Below, in pieces: positions 58,701 to 64,000 of a stretch of DNA of 64,000 nt; position 1 is the first letter of the stretch; each line of letters begins with the position of its first letter. Origin of the DNA: the human T2T-CHM13v2.0 reference genome, Homo sapiens; assembly GCF_009914755.1 (NCBI RefSeq), contig NC_060936.1; one strand, written 5' to 3'. Below the pieces are notes generated by a model, which saw nothing but the letters and a program-made list of their open reading frames with translations, was not told where the DNA came from and searched no databases. The position numbers and the translations under genes are program-made.

Positions 58701-59554
58701 TACATGACATTAGATTACATATGTTAACTGTGCTGTTTATATCTTCTATATCCTTACTGATTTTTTTATTTTTCACTTTTTCTGCTATGTGTTTGAAAGA
58801 GATGCACTAATGCCTCCCACTGTGAGTGCTGATTTGTACATTTTTTTCTCATTGTTCTGTCCATTTTTGTTTAGTTTATTTTGAAGCTATATTATTAGGT
58901 GCACAGAGATTTAGGATTGTGCTCATTTCCTATTGGACTTATTTATTTATAATTATGAACTGTCTCACTTTATCTCTAATAATGTTTCTTGCCTTACAGT
59001 TCACATTGTCTGATATTAGTATAGCTAGACAGCTTTAGGAGCAGGGGCAGGTTTGTGTTTGCATGGTATATTTGGCTTTCCTTTCACATTAAACATTTCT
59101 TTTTATTAGATTTGAAGATTTGGGTTTGTTTTTTATCTAATCTGACAGTATTTTACTTCAAATTTAGCTTATTTACATTCAGTGTAATCACTGACATCAT
59201 TGGGCTTATAGCTACCATCTTATTTTTCATTTTCTATTGTGCTCTTTTCTTTTATATTCCTTTTGTTGTCATTTTATGTTCTTTTTTTCGCCCTCTCTTT
59301 CCTCTATTTTTTTAATTATTCAAGGATTTCATTCTAAAAACTTGCAAGTTTTACTTCTTTAATTCTAATAGTAACTATCCTAGAGATTGCAATATATATC
59401 CTTGATTTATTACAGAATTATACAAATTATCTTTGCCACTCCTCTGATACTGTTAGACCCTTTGACCTTTTAAATGATTTATCCCTCCTGATTTTGTTCT
59501 TTTTGCCACACATCTTAGTTCTACATATATTTTATACTACAAACGACGTTATAA

Positions 59555-59904
<350 letters not shown>

Positions 59905-62900
59905 AGATTATTTTCCTTCTGCCTGAAGAACATCCTTTAGTTTTCCTGAAAACATCTTTATTCTACTTTCATATTTGAAGGATATGATTGCAAGATATAA
60001 TTCTAGTCTGGCAATTATTTTCTTTAAGCTCTTAAAGTTGACAATATTGTCTTCTCGCATCTATAATTTATGTTGATAAATCAACTGTGAATCTTATTGT
60101 TGCTTCTTTGAAGCTAATTTCTTTTTTTTCTTCTGGCTGCTTTTATGATTTTTCTCTTTATCTTTGGTTTTCAACAGTTTGACTATGATGTGGTTAGCTA
60201 CAGTTTTCTTTATCTTGCTCCTTGTTCTTACATCAATACATAGATATTCTTATCCATTATCTCTTTGAATATTGCTTCTCCTCTATTCTCTCTCTCCTTT
60301 TTGGAACTCCAATTATATATATGTGAAAAGTTTCATGTGTATCTTGTTCTTGCCATTGTTTCCATTCTTTTTTCTCTTCCTGCTTCAGGAGTAGATACTT
60401 TCTATTTATCTGGGTTCCAGCTCACTGATCCAGCCCATTATTCACTAATTATGCTGTGTGTCATCTGCTGTAAACTTATCCATTTGAATTCCTAATTTCA
60501 AATATTTTTTCAGTGTTTAGAGTTCTAAAATATACATGTGATTTTTTCACAGATTCCAACCTTCTAGTGAAATTCTCCTTTTATTCATCATTTCACTATT
60601 TATTTTTCATGTTAATCATAAGTATTATAAATTCCTTTTCTGGTAACTCCAACTTTTGGCTCATTTGTGGGTCAGACAGATCTGAGAAGCTTGGTTTTTT
60701 TTTACTCTGTCTCAGGTACTTTATATTTAGTGTTTACATTCCTAGCCAGAGAAGCATTTATGTAAACACTCTCTATATTTAATGACTCAGTTTAAGAAAA
60801 TGCTTACAATAATTGAGGTCTCCTTGTTTCTGAACCAAGTTTTATATCAGAAGACCACATCCTCATCTCGGGGAGAAGAGCGAGGAGAGTCATTGTCTAA
60901 GCATTCCTGAGCACTACGTCTGTGCTTCAGTGTTCCAGCCCCATGGAAAACCCATTTCTGTACAGTATCATATCCCATAGTTAATCATACTTTTAGATTT
61001 TTTAGGAATATTTTAGTGTCATTGCTATTTAGAGATTATCTGTATCTTATATTACACATTAGCTAAACATGCTCTGATAATATAAATGTTATTTGAGCTA
61101 ATTAGATAAACTTTGATTTCAATAATTGTTCATCTTTAAAACTGATGCAGCTTTATTTTAGGACTAAAGGATTATTTATCTTCTTTATATATAATACACA
61201 TTATATATTATATATTATATATGGATAGATATAATAGTAATGTAATGTGTACAGCTGTTCACATAAATTAATTCACCTATATTTAGCTTCCCCTGTATCC
61301 TGTCCTCTTAAGCACATTGAGGGCAGAGGCAGTTTTCTTGTATCTTGTCACTCTACAGCACCTAACACAATACCTTTCATAAACATAATCTGGGCTTAGC
61401 AAGTCTGTGGATTGGATTCACTTGCAAAATCTATCCATTGCTTTAAGAGAAACCAATATTTAAAAGTAGACTTTTCGTTAAAAGGATATTACAGATATTA
61501 CTTGCTTTGTTTAATAATTATCTGCTTTGGAGATGTGTTTGCATTTTTAATGAGTGCTTTAATGAGCTTCTATTACATATATTAGAAAACAAACTTGGAA
61601 TAGTGCCACTATGTAAGTTAACTCTGCTGGTTTAAAATATATTTGAGATGGAATTTGATTAAATAATTACCAAAAGTAGATATGTAAGACTGTATAAGAT
61701 TGCTTTAGTAGCAAGATCAGGCAGCAATATTGATTTTTTAAATTAAGTACTAAATATACCCAGTCGAATTCAAACACTTACTAAATGATATTTTGCAATT
61801 TTCAAAAAGCCCTAACATTTAGCCCCTCAGTTGATTCCCTTAATAACTTGATAAATTAGGCAAAAAAGCAAAGAAGAAGAGGATCATGGAGAGCAAGGGA
61901 TTTACCCACATTTACATTTATATTGGCAGAGTCAGGACTTGAACTGAAGTCTCCTGAGGCCTAATTTGATCTTCTATCTGTATCAACCAGAAATACCTAA
62001 AATAACTCATATGTCTATAAAGATAAATGTACCTGTAGAAAATACATCCCTCAAAACACACATTTAATTACAACTTCTTAAACGAGCACCCTCTTCCTTT
62101 TTCTTACAGCTCTTTATCCCTAGAGTTTAAAGAATCAAAACACACATAAACATCTCCCTAGAGCAAACATAGGGAGTTTCCTCATGACTGGAAGCCCACA
62201 TTAAAGCCACGCCTAAGGGAAGAAGGGAAGGCAGGGCTGATAATATTTTGTTTATTTTAGTCCTTCTGCTTAGTTTTTGTTTGCAGGCACTGGACTGAAC
62301 TTAGTTTTCAGAGCCAGAAATTATCATTGTTTGTGTATCTAAATTTGTTAATACTCTGCTTTTAGAAATTTTTATGTACAATGGATTCCAAGAGTATTTT
62401 GGGAACTTCTCAGTGGTGAAATCTAAACTGTGGTTCAGTGAAGAGCCGACAAACACAAACTGCAAAGAGCAGTTGGCACAGTACACTTTTGGAGGCTATA
62501 CGACTCTTCTGCTCTTCTAGCACAAGGCACGGAGTAGGTGCTTGCTACAGTTTTCGGATGAATGAATGAAAAGTACCTTAGTCCCCAGCACTGTCTCCTC
62601 AGTTCACCCAAAGATTCCCTGTGATGGCCGTGCCACCATTACAGCAGCAGTTTATTTTCTGTGCAATTTGTAGAAGAAGAACCAGAAACCAAATTGTTAC
62701 CCATGCTCCAAATTGTTATCCATGCTCCAAAGACTATTCTTGGTTTTATGCCATAGCAAATAAGGTCTTACCATTTCCAAGTAAGGCTAGCCACATGCCA
62801 GTCTGTGAAAAGGAGGCATTTGCTTTTGGGTAGTAGTTGACATGCTTTGGGGCATTTATGCTGCCTCCCCAGCTCCCATCTCAGAGAATTCCTGCTATTC

Positions 62901-63246
62901 ACAGTCGCTGCTGGAAAGGACAGGCTTAAGTGGCCCTATCCCCACTCCATGTCTGCCTTGCCCCACTCCAATGAGACCAGGGGTAGACTCGTGGACCACA
63001 ACAATCAGACTCTCTCTTACGATTCTGAGCCGGGTTACAGAAACTACGGTCAGTGACTATGGACTGCAGCTGAGAGCTCCCAACCAGCGAGGGCTGAGGT
63101 TGGTGCCAGTGCAAGCCAAAGTCAAGGACAACTAAAGCTACTTAAGAGCAAGATTATAAATAGACAAAGCCAAAGTCTATGAACAAAGGAAATCAGACAT
63201 GCTTTTAAAAAGCAAAGAGTATGCAACACTCACAGGGAATTAATAA

Positions 63247-63560
<314 letters not shown>

Positions 63561-64000
63561 ATAATATTTTTTTAAAAGCAAAGAGACTCAAAAGAGAGAG
63601 TCAAAAAACAAAAGAGAGAAAGAAAGAGTGGGAGACTAGAGACCAATCAACTTGAGTTTCAGTCTCTCTCTTTCCCAGCTTTGGTGGCTATGAAGTCTAG
63701 CTGGACTTTGTTTCCTGCTGGTGGATGTGTGCAAAATTGTTGGCTTAATCTTTACAGTTAACTCCTGTTTTTAATTTGAGTTAATTTGAGTGAGATTCGA
63801 TTCCCAGCCACCACTCATCTCTGACCAATGGACTTCCCCGTCCCCTTCTCCCCTGCGAACCAGGTGCTTCAGTTTGGCCCTTCTCGCTCCTATCAAGAAA
63901 GAATGGGATCTGAAAAACTTTCACACTGTCAAATACTGAGTTTGCTGACTTTTCCAGTAACATTTTAGAAGAGCACAGCAGTGAGAAGGCCACATGAGAC

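Overview
Human (primate) genomic DNA, recognisable as the AMIGO2 locus on chr12q13. The only supported protein-coding sequence is the single-exon AMIGO2 CDS (minus strand, 42209-43777, 522 aa; LRR + Ig type I membrane protein). Its spliced 5'UTR starts in a CpG island at about 44.2-45.8 kb. From my recall of the human annotation, that island also starts the oppositely oriented PCED1B gene, and a plus-strand donor is visible at 44500/44501. The rest is transposon-rich: a full-length inactivated L1PA3/4 with a perfect 14-bp TSD and an open antisense ORF0, a complete MST-type MaLR provirus, about ten solo LTRs, a dozen Alus, MER47A, and old L1/L2/MIR relics. I found no prokaryote-type system such as CRISPR or an operon. 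The most interesting undescribed-looking signals are: (1) paired PP1-docking motifs (KRVVF and GILK) in the AMIGO2 tail; (2) a single uORF in the AMIGO2 leader lying exactly under the antisense PCED1B first exon; (3) a perfect 24-bp-stem, pre-miRNA-sized hairpin inside an ancient L1 at 55676-55733. Repeat subfamily names come from remembered consensus sequences, and boundaries of old repeats are approximate.
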